Assembly: GCA_021735245.1 (NCBI GenBank)
Contig: JAIPHJ010000006.1
Location: 2,610 to 66,609, forward strand
DNA from: Candidatus Bipolaricaulota bacterium
GTDB lineage: Bacteria; Bipolaricaulota; Bipolaricaulia; M55B111
Direction of reading: 5' to 3'
Length of the DNA stretch: 64,000 bases
Shown: positions 52,130 through 60,847 of the stretch, piece after piece
Position numbering within the stretch: the first letter of the stretch is position 1
Layout: each line of letters begins with the position of its first letter
Notes under the pieces: model-generated
Told to the model about the DNA's origin: nothing
Databases searched by the model: none
The model's input: the letters and a program-made list of their open reading frames with translations, nothing else
Translations under genes and position numbers: made by a program

Positions 52130-52248
52130 ACTGCATACCTCCCTTTCCCACGATACTAAACTTTTTGAAATTTTTTCGCAAAGATAAGTTCGGATAGAGT
52201 GGGTTCCGGGATATTGGCGGTATAGCGAAAGCGCTGCTCCCGTAGCTT

Positions 52249-53409
52249 TTAACCTTCCTCCTTGCCTGGAGGCATGAGCTGGCCCCGATTTTCCTTTATC
52301 CACTCTATTGCCCTGGTTAGATCTCCGCTCCGGTCTTCCGATTTTATGTCGGGGGTAAGCCCTTTTTCGTTCAGCCTGGACCCTCCCGGGGTCAGGTATT
52401 CGGCTGAAGATAGTTTTACTCTTATTCCCCGGCCCACGTTGTGGGTCGTCTGGACGAGACCCTTCCCGAAGCTGCGCCGTCCGACCAGTATTCCCATTCC
52501 CTGGTCCCTAATGGCTCCCGCTACGAGTTCCGAAGCGCTTGCCGTCCCGTCGTTTATCAGCACCACCAGCGGCAAATTCGGGTTGGAATTACCCCTGGAT
52601 TCGTATTTTCGGACCCCGTCCCGACCGACCGTTTTTGTTATTAAACCACTATCCACGAACTGACTGGCTACTTTAATGGCAGAGTTAAGCAAGCCACCGG
52701 AATTATTCCGCAGGTCAAGTACGTAGCCGGAAAGTTTCTCGCTCTCGATACTATTAAAGACTTTTTCTAGTTCTTGGGCCGTTTGCTGGTTAAACAGGTT
52801 AATGTCGATCAGAGCTATCTTATCATCTTCAAGCAGCGTCAATTCCACGGGAGTGATTTCTATCTTCTCCCTTATCAGGCTGATCGTTTCTTCGCTGTCG
52901 TCCGGGTGCCTTATCGTAATCCGTACTGTCGTACCTCGTTCTCCTTTCAGGGCGTCGAATACTTCCCTGAAGTTCATGGGTTCCGTAGATTTTTCGTCGA
53001 CACTGAGGATCACGTCTCCAGACCTTAAATCATTACGCGAAGCCGGCGTATCCGGAAACACTGAAACTACTCTAACGCGGTCGTCGGATTTTTCAATTTC
53101 CATACCTATTCCCACGTAGTTTCCTTCTTGCCTTTTACGGTACTCTTTGTATTCTTTTTTCGAGTAGACGTCGTTGTACTCGTCAGGTAACTGGTTCAGC
53201 ATTCCCTCTATTGCGCCCCGAATTAATTCTTCCTTATCGATTGACTCGCTGTCGTAGTAATTACTCAGGATTAGTTCGTAAGCTTCCCGGACCGGTTTCA
53301 ACTCCTCATTTACCGACCGGCGATCTTCCCCGGGTACCTGGGTTGTGAGACAGACCAAGAGGACAACCGGTATGAGAAAAACCCATTTGCTTCTGGAGAT
53401 TTTGTTCAC
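52249..53409 (-). CDS. S41-family C-terminal processing peptidase with PDZ domain
   Basis: The start is taken at GTG 53409 (AAGGAGGA 7 nt upstream; MNKISRSKWVFLIPVVLLVCL signal). PDZ region GDVILSVDEKS. Catalytic region NSGGLLNSA and ASASELVAGA..FGKG. Confidence 0.85.
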   Translation of the reverse strand: MNKISRSKWVFLIPVVLLVCLTTQVPGEDRRSVNEELKPVREAYELILSNYYDSESIDKEELIRGAIEGMLNQLPDEYNDVYSKKEYKEYRKRQEGNYVGIGMEIEKSDDRVRVVSVFPDTPASRNDLRSGDVILSVDEKSTEPMNFREVFDALKGERGTTVRITIRHPDDSEETISLIREKIEITPVELTLLEDDKIALIDINLFNQQTAQELEKVFNSIESEKLSGYVLDLRNNSGGLLNSAIKVASQFVDSGLITKTVGRDGVRKYESRGNSNPNLPLVVLINDGTASASELVAGAIRDQGMGILVGRRSFGKGLVQTTHNVGRGIRVKLSSAEYLTPGGSRLNEKGLTPDIKSEDRSGDLTRAIEWIKENRGQLMPPGKEEG

Positions 53410-53484
53410 GGTTTCATCCTCCTTGAACAAGTTTATTGGATCGATAATCCCGGTTCCCTGTTAGAACCAGAAACTAAGACCTTT

Positions 53485-54909
53485 CTACTGACTCCCCCGC
53501 TTCGGGGAAACCCAGCCCCCTGTGTGGCCGATCAAGAACCTGTAAGTCGCCCAGACCCGTGCCATTACTGTGAACTGACGGTAGCCAAATTGTTCAAAGA
53601 CCGAGGCAGCAAAGAGTTTTAGCAGATCTGAAATATTCTCGTATCGTCTAAACGAGATATCGCTCATAACTATGGCTCCAATTGACATGAAGATGTGGAG
53701 CAAGAATGCTATGAAGAACCATAATAGAAAGGCAGATAGGCTCAGGGCACCAAGGAAATAGGATACCCCGAACACTACCAGGCCAAATAGTTCCATTAAT
53801 GGTCCCAGTGCCTCGAAAAACAACAAGTTAGGCAAAGCTATGAGACCAAAAGCACCATAGCTAAGTTTACCCAGGTGGTCTTTAAATTCCCATAGGCCTT
53901 CCAGCAAGCCCTGGTGCCACCGGACCCTTTGATGCCAGAGGCCCGTCCATTTTTCAGGAACTTCTGTCCAGGCTAGTGGCTCCGTGGCGTACATCGGGGG
54001 ACTACCCCCACCTTTTTCTCTTAGCCAGGAAAAAAGCTTGAGAAATACTTTGAGATCCTCCGTAATGGTATCTACGGGGAAACCTTCAACTGCGATTAGC
54101 GCTCTGCGCCAGAAAAAGGAAAAAGCCCCGGAGAGTAGAGGTAGAGCGTTCATCGTCGCTAATCCCCGTCTTCCGTAATAAAAACTCCGGAGATATTCTA
54201 CAGCCTGGGCTTTACCTATTGAGCTCTTTGGGGGATGAATCTCCATTCCCCCATCTTCCTTTAATATACAGCCGTTAATTGGTTTTACCGCTCCCCCAGC
54301 AACCATCACTGGCCTGTTGAGGTCCGTTATATCTCGCATTAAGAGATGTATACCCTTTGAATCAAGGAAAGTGTCGGCGTCGGTGGTAGCCACAAACGCG
54401 TTGGATGCGTACGTCAACCCTACGTTTAGGGCGTCGGCTTTTCTTTCGATCTCGTTTTCCTTACGGACCACTTTTAGCTGAGGGTTTGTGGGGGAATTGT
54501 AAATGCCGGTGACGTCGCCAAATGTGGTCACGGCGTTGCTGGCATCAGTTTTAGGCTCATCGGCGGAGGGCTCCAGCTCGAAAGCTTCCTTCAATTCGCC
54601 AAAAGTATCGTCACTCGAGCCGTCTTCCACCACTATCACTTCCAGGTTAGGATAATCGAGGGAAAGCGCCTGTTTGGTCGAACCCACTATCACGGATTCC
54701 TCGTTATAGGCCGGGATAATTATGGTAACTCCAGGTTGGCGCGGGGTGATATCTTCTGCGTACGCCCCGGCGCGTCCGCGAAATGCCGCCTGTCGAACAC
54801 CAATTAACCCCAAAGAGAACTTAACTAACTGGAAAAGTGTATTTAGGACAAAATAGGAAAGAATAGCCCACTGGATTAGAACCAACACGTTTCTGACGAG
54901 AGATATCAT
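53485..54909 (-). CDS. Processive family-2 glycosyltransferase (PgaC/IcaA/NodC-like polysaccharide synthase)
   Basis: 474 aa. N-terminal TM, IIIPAYNEE, DADT (DxD), QRVRWHQG (Q-x-x-RW), and C-terminal TM bundle. Confidence 0.85.
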   Translation of the reverse strand: MISLVRNVLVLIQWAILSYFVLNTLFQLVKFSLGLIGVRQAAFRGRAGAYAEDITPRQPGVTIIIPAYNEESVIVGSTKQALSLDYPNLEVIVVEDGSSDDTFGELKEAFELEPSADEPKTDASNAVTTFGDVTGIYNSPTNPQLKVVRKENEIERKADALNVGLTYASNAFVATTDADTFLDSKGIHLLMRDITDLNRPVMVAGGAVKPINGCILKEDGGMEIHPPKSSIGKAQAVEYLRSFYYGRRGLATMNALPLLSGAFSFFWRRALIAVEGFPVDTITEDLKVFLKLFSWLREKGGGSPPMYATEPLAWTEVPEKWTGLWHQRVRWHQGLLEGLWEFKDHLGKLSYGAFGLIALPNLLFFEALGPLMELFGLVVFGVSYFLGALSLSAFLLWFFIAFLLHIFMSIGAIVMSDISFRRYENISDLLKLFAASVFEQFGYRQFTVMARVWATYRFLIGHTGGWVSPKRGSQ

Positions 54910-54926
54910 CTGATTTCTAACTAGTT

Positions 54927-55925
54927 CTAACTCCTGGAGTGCAGTTCGTCAACCTCTCTCCTGGCTCGGGGCGACCCCTCTCTTTTTACTTTATCGAGGT
55001 AAGAATTCGGGGAAGAACATTTGGCTAGTAGTCTCACTGCCCATAACTGGACGAAATCTACCTCTACTCCAATTGCATCCTTTGCCAATGGTACCAGGCC
55101 CGTGAGACCATGTTTCGCGGCCACGCCAAGTATTCTAGCTTTTATCTCGTTATTCGCATTTTTCCAAAGAGTCCTAAGACGCTCTTCCAGGGATTCTTTA
55201 ACTTCGGGAGCTACCTCCTCGACCTCTTTGAAAAACATCAGGAAAAGCAGCTGAAGGTTAGGAGGGGAATAGGAGGTCAGGTAGTCCATAGCTAATTCCT
55301 GGGTCTTTTGACCCCGCTGAGAAAGAGCCCCTATAATCGGTTGATTGAAAGCCCTGTCGTTAATCTCGTACCTTTCGGCGAGGGAAGCCATCTCTGAAAC
55401 CAGTACCTGATCGGCGTTGTGCCCGGGCCAGTAACTTAAAGCGTGAATAGCCGCAGTCCACTGCCAGCTACCGTGCTTATCCAACCACTTTAAGCTGGTT
55501 TTCCATCCTTTATCCAATCCCAGCGCGCTTGCGACGACCAGCAAGCCGTAGTCTTTTTCTTGTTCCTCAATCTTGACGTCAGCCAGTACTTCACCGAAGT
55601 TTAATTCCTCCAGGTGGGTAAGTATTGCTTCCTTTTCCTCTTCTCCGGAGTTACTTAAAAGATCAAAAACTACCTTGGTAGTTTTTCTGGGATTTTCGGA
55701 AAGCAGTTTCACTTCTGGTTGACCCGTCAGTGGTTGACCCGTCAGAATTCGCCTGATCCTATTGGTTAGTTCGTCGCCCTGGGAAAGTCTCTTTTGTCTT
55801 AACCACCGGTGAAGTATCCAGGACAAGAACAGTACTATCAAAACAACCAAAGTAGTGCCTATATAAAATATCGGCTGTGTTGAGTACCGTTCGAGTATTG
55901 TTTTTATCTGTGTTGTAAATCTCAT
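54927..55925 (-). CDS. Membrane-anchored alpha-helical (HEAT/ARM-like) protein, unknown function, upstream partner of the GT2 synthase
   Basis: 332 aa. One N-terminal TM (IFYIGTTLVVLIVLFLSWIL) and a helical-repeat-looking remainder. It lies 17 nt upstream of the GT2 gene. Confidence 0.45.
   Translation of the reverse strand: MRFTTQIKTILERYSTQPIFYIGTTLVVLIVLFLSWILHRWLRQKRLSQGDELTNRIRRILTGQPLTGQPEVKLLSENPRKTTKVVFDLLSNSGEEEKEAILTHLEELNFGEVLADVKIEEQEKDYGLLVVASALGLDKGWKTSLKWLDKHGSWQWTAAIHALSYWPGHNADQVLVSEMASLAERYEINDRAFNQPIIGALSQRGQKTQELAMDYLTSYSPPNLQLLFLMFFKEVEEVAPEVKESLEERLRTLWKNANNEIKARILGVAAKHGLTGLVPLAKDAIGVEVDFVQLWAVRLLAKCSSPNSYLDKVKREGSPRARREVDELHSRS
55716..55745. repeat. Perfect 15-bp tandem duplication inside the CDS (encodes LTGQP-LTGQP)
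   Basis: TGGTTGACCCGTCAG occurs twice back to back (55716-55730, 55731-55745). Confidence 0.9.
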
Positions 55926-56056
55926 ATCGAATCCCTAATTCAGAGTTGAGAAAACTATTCACTACTATAATTATACCTAATTTCTCAACTGTTAGACATT
56001 TTCATATAGGTATTAAAAATAGAAAAAATTTTTATTTAGTTCTTTTATATATACTG

Positions 56057-56441
56057 TCACCAAAACTTGCCGAGTAAGCCCCGGGGAACCCCACTGCTGG
56101 GTGTAGGGGTCCCCAAAGTCGAGGACGCTGGAAGTGGCTTCGGCCAGGTCTACGAAGGATTTACGGAGGGTTTACCAATACTAGCTGAGAACCCCCAGGG
56201 CACCCCCTGGGGATGAATCAGCTGGTTTTTGGTCCTCCAGCACTCAAACGGGAACTGGTTTTCTTTGAGAGGTTCGATTGCTTGGTTTTAGTTAATCATT
56301 ACCTTTAGACTAATCAAGATACCCAGGTCCGTTTGAGTGCTGGAGGATTGACTGCTGGGTCTCGTGTTTTTGAAGTACTTAGCTGTTAGTTATAAAGGGG
56401 TTTTCTACATACCCCGCCCGGAAGGGCGGAGAAATTGACTG
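56057..56441. repeat. Family-A structured intergenic repeat, copy 3 (385 bp, expanded)
   Basis: It has the same ends and the same 18-bp inverted repeat core (56234-56251 / 56329-56346) as copy 1. A ~130-nt multi-hairpin insertion sits inside the CCCC..GGGG stem, including GGC-TTCG-GCC and CCCCAGGG-cacc-CCCTGGGG. Right-end hairpin CCGCCC-GGAA-GGGCGG (56414-29) + TTGACT (56435-40). Confidence 0.85.
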
Positions 56442-56482
56442 GGAATGACAATTATTTCTGCCTGTTCGATTCGTTTTTCCAG

Positions 56483-57439
56483 CTAGATTCTTACAAACAA
56501 ATTTTCGAGATCGTATCTGGACGGGATAATCTCCTGCCGGAGGCTGTATTCCTGCAATTTGTCGAAAACTCGAAGATTCTCCTCGGTTAGTCCGTACGAC
56601 CAGGGTGATCCCCCGAACAAGGACTGTTCCTCCTCGAGATACTTGCGAGCCCAGACCAGTGCTTGCGTCCTGGGGTCTTCGAGCTTTTTTAAGCCAATAT
56701 CCCTGGACTTTTTAAAAGCCTCGTAAATACTTTCTGCCGCCCAGGGGGCCTTCTCCAGAACTTTGTCTCGAATTACTATCGCATGCATTAGAGGGAAAAT
56801 TCCGGTCTCTCTGTAATAATTCTTCTCCTCCTGGAAGGGGTTTTCGAAAATGCGCTCGCAGCCCTTGCCCCTCTTAACTGAGTCGAGAAGTGCAGGATAG
56901 AAAGCCCCCTGAAGGTACCCCTCCGATAACATCTCTTCTAGGTTTCGGTCTTCCGGTATCTTGTGAATGTCGAATTTTCCTGAAAGCTCCAGCGGGACAT
57001 CCTCCGGGGCTCTTCTATACCAGGTGACGCTTTCAAGATCTAACCCGTATTCCTCACTTGCTATTCCCCGCATCCATATTCCGGCCGTGGTCTGCCACGT
57101 ATTTAGGCCGACCTTCTTTCCGGTGAGATCTCCCGGGTCCTCTATAGAGGTATTGGAGCTTTTGAACATATAAGAGTGGCGGAAGTGCCGGTGGGGGAAG
57201 ACCGGAATTGCGGTGAACGGATGGTCGTCCGGTATTGACCGGGATGCAAGATACGAACCCAGGGAAAGTTCGCAGACGTCGAATTCGGTTTCCCGGATCA
57301 TTCGCCAGTGTCGTTCCGGCGCGTAAGGGGTTGATACCTCCCAGTCGATCCCCTCGGGCTTTACCTCTCCGGTTTGAATCGGCCGGGTAATTTCGTGATC
57401 GCCGCACGCTAAAGATAATTCGAGGTCATTTCGAGACAT
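56483..57439 (-). CDS. Periplasmic-binding-fold protein of the PhtD / NMT1-like family (annotated in relatives as 4,5-dihydroxyphthalate decarboxylase)
   Basis: 318 aa with no signal peptide. N-terminal LELSLACGDHEITRPIQTGEVKPEGIDWEV..FDVCELSLGSYL is the pattern I recall for PhtD-like proteins. Confidence 0.55.
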   Translation of the reverse strand: MSRNDLELSLACGDHEITRPIQTGEVKPEGIDWEVSTPYAPERHWRMIRETEFDVCELSLGSYLASRSIPDDHPFTAIPVFPHRHFRHSYMFKSSNTSIEDPGDLTGKKVGLNTWQTTAGIWMRGIASEEYGLDLESVTWYRRAPEDVPLELSGKFDIHKIPEDRNLEEMLSEGYLQGAFYPALLDSVKRGKGCERIFENPFQEEKNYYRETGIFPLMHAIVIRDKVLEKAPWAAESIYEAFKKSRDIGLKKLEDPRTQALVWARKYLEEEQSLFGGSPWSYGLTEENLRVFDKLQEYSLRQEIIPSRYDLENLFVRI

Positions 57440-57540
57440 AGTTAGGATATTCCTCCTGCTTAACTCTGAACTGTTAGAGTGTAAACCATTATTACATTTT
57501 AATTACAATGGGAGACGCCAGAAACCAGCTTTTCTCCAGA

Positions 57541-58002
57541 TCAGTCAATGCTTACTATCATTTCGACCTCGATCGGGATATTGCCGGGGAGGTCGGACGT
57601 TCCCAGAGCGGACCGAGCGTGCCTGCCGTGCTCGCCGAAGATTTCCTGGAGAAGCTCCGAGGCACCGTTAACGACGGCCGGCTGTCTGTCGAATCCGGGA
57701 GCACTGCTGACGAAACCGCGAACTTTTACGATTTTATCGATTTTGTTAAGGGAACCTATTTCAGACTTTATTTCGGCCAGACAGTTTAAGGCGCTGACTC
57801 TGGCCGCTTCGTATCCTTCTTCCACTGTCAGGTCCGACCCGACTTTACCCAGGTGAACGAACTCGTCGCCTTTCTTGGGACCCTGCCCGGAACAGAAGAC
57901 CAGGTTTCCGGCTCTCCTCGCGGGTATATAAGAACCAACCGGTTCTGGCGGTTCTGGTATTTTGATCCCCAGCTCTTCAATTCTACCTTCGTAATTATCC
58001 AT
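57541..58002 (-). CDS. RidA/YjgF/RutC-family reactive-intermediate deaminase
   Basis: 153 aa. GSYIPARRAGNLVFCSGQGP and a C-terminal P..I.VE motif (LPGNIPIEVEMIV). Confidence 0.8.
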   Translation of the reverse strand: MDNYEGRIEELGIKIPEPPEPVGSYIPARRAGNLVFCSGQGPKKGDEFVHLGKVGSDLTVEEGYEAARVSALNCLAEIKSEIGSLNKIDKIVKVRGFVSSAPGFDRQPAVVNGASELLQEIFGEHGRHARSALGTSDLPGNIPIEVEMIVSID

Positions 58003-58239
58003 TAATAATCACTCCCGTTTAAACTTTAGTATACCGATTATTTAATTATTTTGACAGATTCCGGGCAGCAATTAAACTCCTGGCGACCAACAGGTTTATT
58101 ATGAAATCTTTTGACGAAATCGCTTCAGGAACTACACAATTGTCGGTTTTTTACTGGCGTGATAAATTCTCTCAATTATAGTTGTGAACCTGATTAAACC
58201 GGAGTATAATGGATGGCCTAATTCTATAAGGAGGCGCTA

Positions 58240-58824
58240 ATGGAAATCAAAACGAATCAAGTTGTTACGGTTTTGCTGGTCACGGTTGCACTGGTTTTTA
58301 CAGTAGTAAACTCCTATGGAGCAACATGGGAGCCGTTTCAATTCCGGGGGAACGAACGCTACAGCTTCGAGGTTACGTGGGAAGGCTCCGAGGGGGAGGA
58401 GAGTTCGATATACGAATTTCAAATAATAGAGGATAACGACGGAGGGTATACAGCTAGGTTCATTTCCGAGGTAAAATTATCTTCATCGGACGAGCTTACC
58501 GGGGACCTCGTTTACGGTTCCTGGAGCGGTTACGGAGTCCCGATAGGTTATCTTCTGGTCAACCCCGTATACTCGATGATGTTCGGCGAGCTCGATCTGA
58601 AAGTAGGGGAGAAGATGAGCTTCTACGGCCAGGGCAGAATGGAGGTCGTCGGTACTGAAACGGTTGCCGGCCGAAAGGGCTTCCTCTGTAAATTAACCGA
58701 CGACGAGGGCCTGTTGGGCGAATGGGTAATCGACCCCGACCTCGCTCTGCCTTTGAGGAGTAAAATGTACGAATCCAGCGGGTTTGACGGAGCGGTCGAG
58801 CTCGTAGAATACGAAAGGTTATAG
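58240..58824 (+). CDS. Hypothetical exported protein
   Basis: 194 aa with an N-terminal signal/anchor VVTVLLVTVALVFTVVNSYG. No recognisable motif. Confidence 0.5.
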   Translation: MEIKTNQVVTVLLVTVALVFTVVNSYGATWEPFQFRGNERYSFEVTWEGSEGEESSIYEFQIIEDNDGGYTARFISEVKLSSSDELTGDLVYGSWSGYGVPIGYLLVNPVYSMMFGELDLKVGEKMSFYGQGRMEVVGTETVAGRKGFLCKLTDDEGLLGEWVIDPDLALPLRSKMYESSGFDGAVELVEYERL

Positions 58825-59005
58825 AAAGATTAGACTCAGGAGTCGGATTGGTAATCGGACGATTGTTCGTTTTTATCTGTTGGTTGCAGGACAGTCCGAC
58901 TCGAATTACAGAGACCTTATAGGCTTTCAATAAACCCGGTCTTTAATTTCTTTCCCTCGCAACGGATATGTCTTTGCGTGCTTAATAGAAAATCAACCGG
59001 TGTAG

Positions 59006-59272
59006 TTAGAGAGTTTCGAGCTTCTCTTTCACCAGAGACTTCAAGAGGTACCGGTGACAGTGTTTGTCCTCGCCTTCGTAGCAAATTAACAGAACATCCT
59101 TTCCTTCGGCAACTTTTTCGGTAATCTTCTGGAGCCGGGCCTGGCTCTCTGGATTCTCTATTTCCTCCAGGAAGATCCCTTTATATTCTTCCCAGTCGGA
59201 TCTCTCCGTTCTTCCTTTTGTTAAGTAGTTCTTCCTAAAACAGGAGAAGGGGTCCCTGTGCCCCGTTAGTCC
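59006..59272 (-). pseudogene. DUF488-family gene remnant (C-terminal ~88 codons only, no start codon)
   Basis: Manual minus-strand translation between stops gives GLTGHRDPFSCFRKNYLTKGRTERSDWEEYKGIFLEEIENPESQARLQKITEKVAEGKDVLLICYEGEDKHCHRYLLKSLVKEKLETL*. The LLCYE..CHR ending is the DUF488 signature as I recall it. No Met/Val/Leu start is present, so it is absent from the ORF track. Confidence 0.6.
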
Positions 59273-59287
59273 CTATATCAACCAAAC

Positions 59288-59323
59288 GCCCGGGCACGGG
59301 GACCCGGGCTGCTATTCTTTTTT
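59288..59323 (+). repeat. Family-B GC-rich hairpin repeat, copy A
   Basis: GCCCGGG-cacgggga-CCCGGGC-TGCTATTCTTTTTT. The core is shared with 60775-60808 and (inverted) 37950-37977. Confidence 0.75.
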
Positions 59324-59381
59324 AAACGTAGGAAATCGTGCGGCTTATCTCTTACATATGTAAAAACTCTGCTGGTGAAAC

Positions 59382-60497
59382 TTACTGTAATTCTTCGGTT
59401 ACCTCTTTTACGTCCTGGGCTTTTTCTTCGTCCAGAAGTATTTTACTAGCTCCACCGGTTTCGAAATCTAATTCTTTCAAATCGATTTTCCTGATCCGTC
59501 TGTTGTACATGGTGTGGAAGTAAGTAACCAGGTTATTTGTATCGTGGGCTACTGTCCATTGGGTATCCGATGGAAGGGCGGGGGTCTGTCCGTTACTGCT
59601 AGTGCCTTCACCCTGGTTCGCGGGGACGTTAAAGCTATCCATTATTCTGAAAAACTGGTTAACCGTATCGAAGCCGCCTTCCGTTTTTCTTGAAACCTCC
59701 TTCAGTACCGTTGCCCGGACGAACCTTGATGGTGCAGTGTAATCGCCGGGAAGACCGAGCAGGCCGGAACCGGATGCCAGAGGAGTAATTTCCAGGTCTC
59801 CCCAGGTTTTCTTTTCGAATGGGTCGTTCGATAGGTACCCGTAGTTTCTGAGGTTCTGCAGGTGCCAGTCGAAGGTCGGGTTGTTGGTAATTACTCCTAC
59901 TGGATTGTCGAAGATTTTTTGTTTACCGTCGGTGAACTCGATGACGAGTGAATCCCCGCTCGATTCTACGATCATAAGGTGCAGCGGCGCTACTTTGTTT
60001 AGCGTTGGGTCAACTACCGATACCACCCTTACGTCTTTCATTCCTTCCCGAACCTCCGAAATACTGGAGAAGCTGGAAAGAACGTAGGGCAAAACGTCGG
60101 TCGGAGCCATGCTTTTGTCGGAAATACTCGGGTCGTAGTCCCCGTATTCGGCGAACCCCGTATGGTAAAATACCCCACCCGCAAGACCCGCTTCGTTCAT
60201 TCCGTCACCAGCCGTCCTATCCGCTAATTCTATTCCCAAAAAGCCGTACTCACTTTTCCAGGAAATACCGTTTTTTCCTTCGGGAGTGGTTCCCTGAAAC
60301 TCTTTCCCCTTTGGGTAAACGACCGCCCTGGCGTGCCAGTCAAACGCTCCCCACTCCATTGTCCTTCCGTAGACTGCAGTGCCGTCCTCCCCTTCCAGAA
60401 CTATCCCGGTACACCCTGACGCTGTGTATCCAATAAGTGGAAGTAGGAAAATTACAAATATCAATGCTGGTAAGATCCGGCTGTTGTTTCTCTTCAT
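59382..60497 (-). CDS. Choloylglycine hydrolase / linear amide C-N hydrolase (Ntn) family protein, secreted
   Basis: 371 aa. A signal peptide is followed by the nucleophile Cys in ASGCTGIVLEGEDGTAVYGRTMEW. Confidence 0.85.
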   Translation of the reverse strand: MKRNNSRILPALIFVIFLLPLIGYTASGCTGIVLEGEDGTAVYGRTMEWGAFDWHARAVVYPKGKEFQGTTPEGKNGISWKSEYGFLGIELADRTAGDGMNEAGLAGGVFYHTGFAEYGDYDPSISDKSMAPTDVLPYVLSSFSSISEVREGMKDVRVVSVVDPTLNKVAPLHLMIVESSGDSLVIEFTDGKQKIFDNPVGVITNNPTFDWHLQNLRNYGYLSNDPFEKKTWGDLEITPLASGSGLLGLPGDYTAPSRFVRATVLKEVSRKTEGGFDTVNQFFRIMDSFNVPANQGEGTSSNGQTPALPSDTQWTVAHDTNNLVTYFHTMYNRRIRKIDLKELDFETGGASKILLDEEKAQDVKEVTEELQ

Positions 60498-60774
60498 CTT
60501 GGTCTCCTTGTGTGATTTAAAACACCTATTTTTCGCAAATTAGAATCCTAACTGTCCAACACCTAATTATACGATAAAGGGCGATAGATAGCTTGTAGAA
60601 AGAATTTAACGCTAAAGCAACAACTGGAAGGTGAGGAATTGTTGTTTGTGCAAGTTATCGCCTCGGCACGAGGACCGAGACTGCTTTGTGATTTAAGTTC
60701 CGGGTTGCTAAGTTCGTTTAAAATTAGCTTTCCGTAGGTCCATGCGCTCAGTATACTGGAAATCCAAACCAATC

Positions 60775-60808
60775 GTCCGGGCGCGGGGACCCGGGCTGCT
60801 ATATTTTT
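60775..60808 (+). repeat. Family-B GC-rich hairpin repeat, copy B
   Basis: GTCCGGG-cgcgggga-CCCGGGC-TGCTATATTTTT. The stem is kept by a T.G pair where copy A has C-G. Confidence 0.75.
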
Positions 60809-60847
60809 CAAATTCAATCTTTTGGCTCGATTGCTAAAACTGATTGG

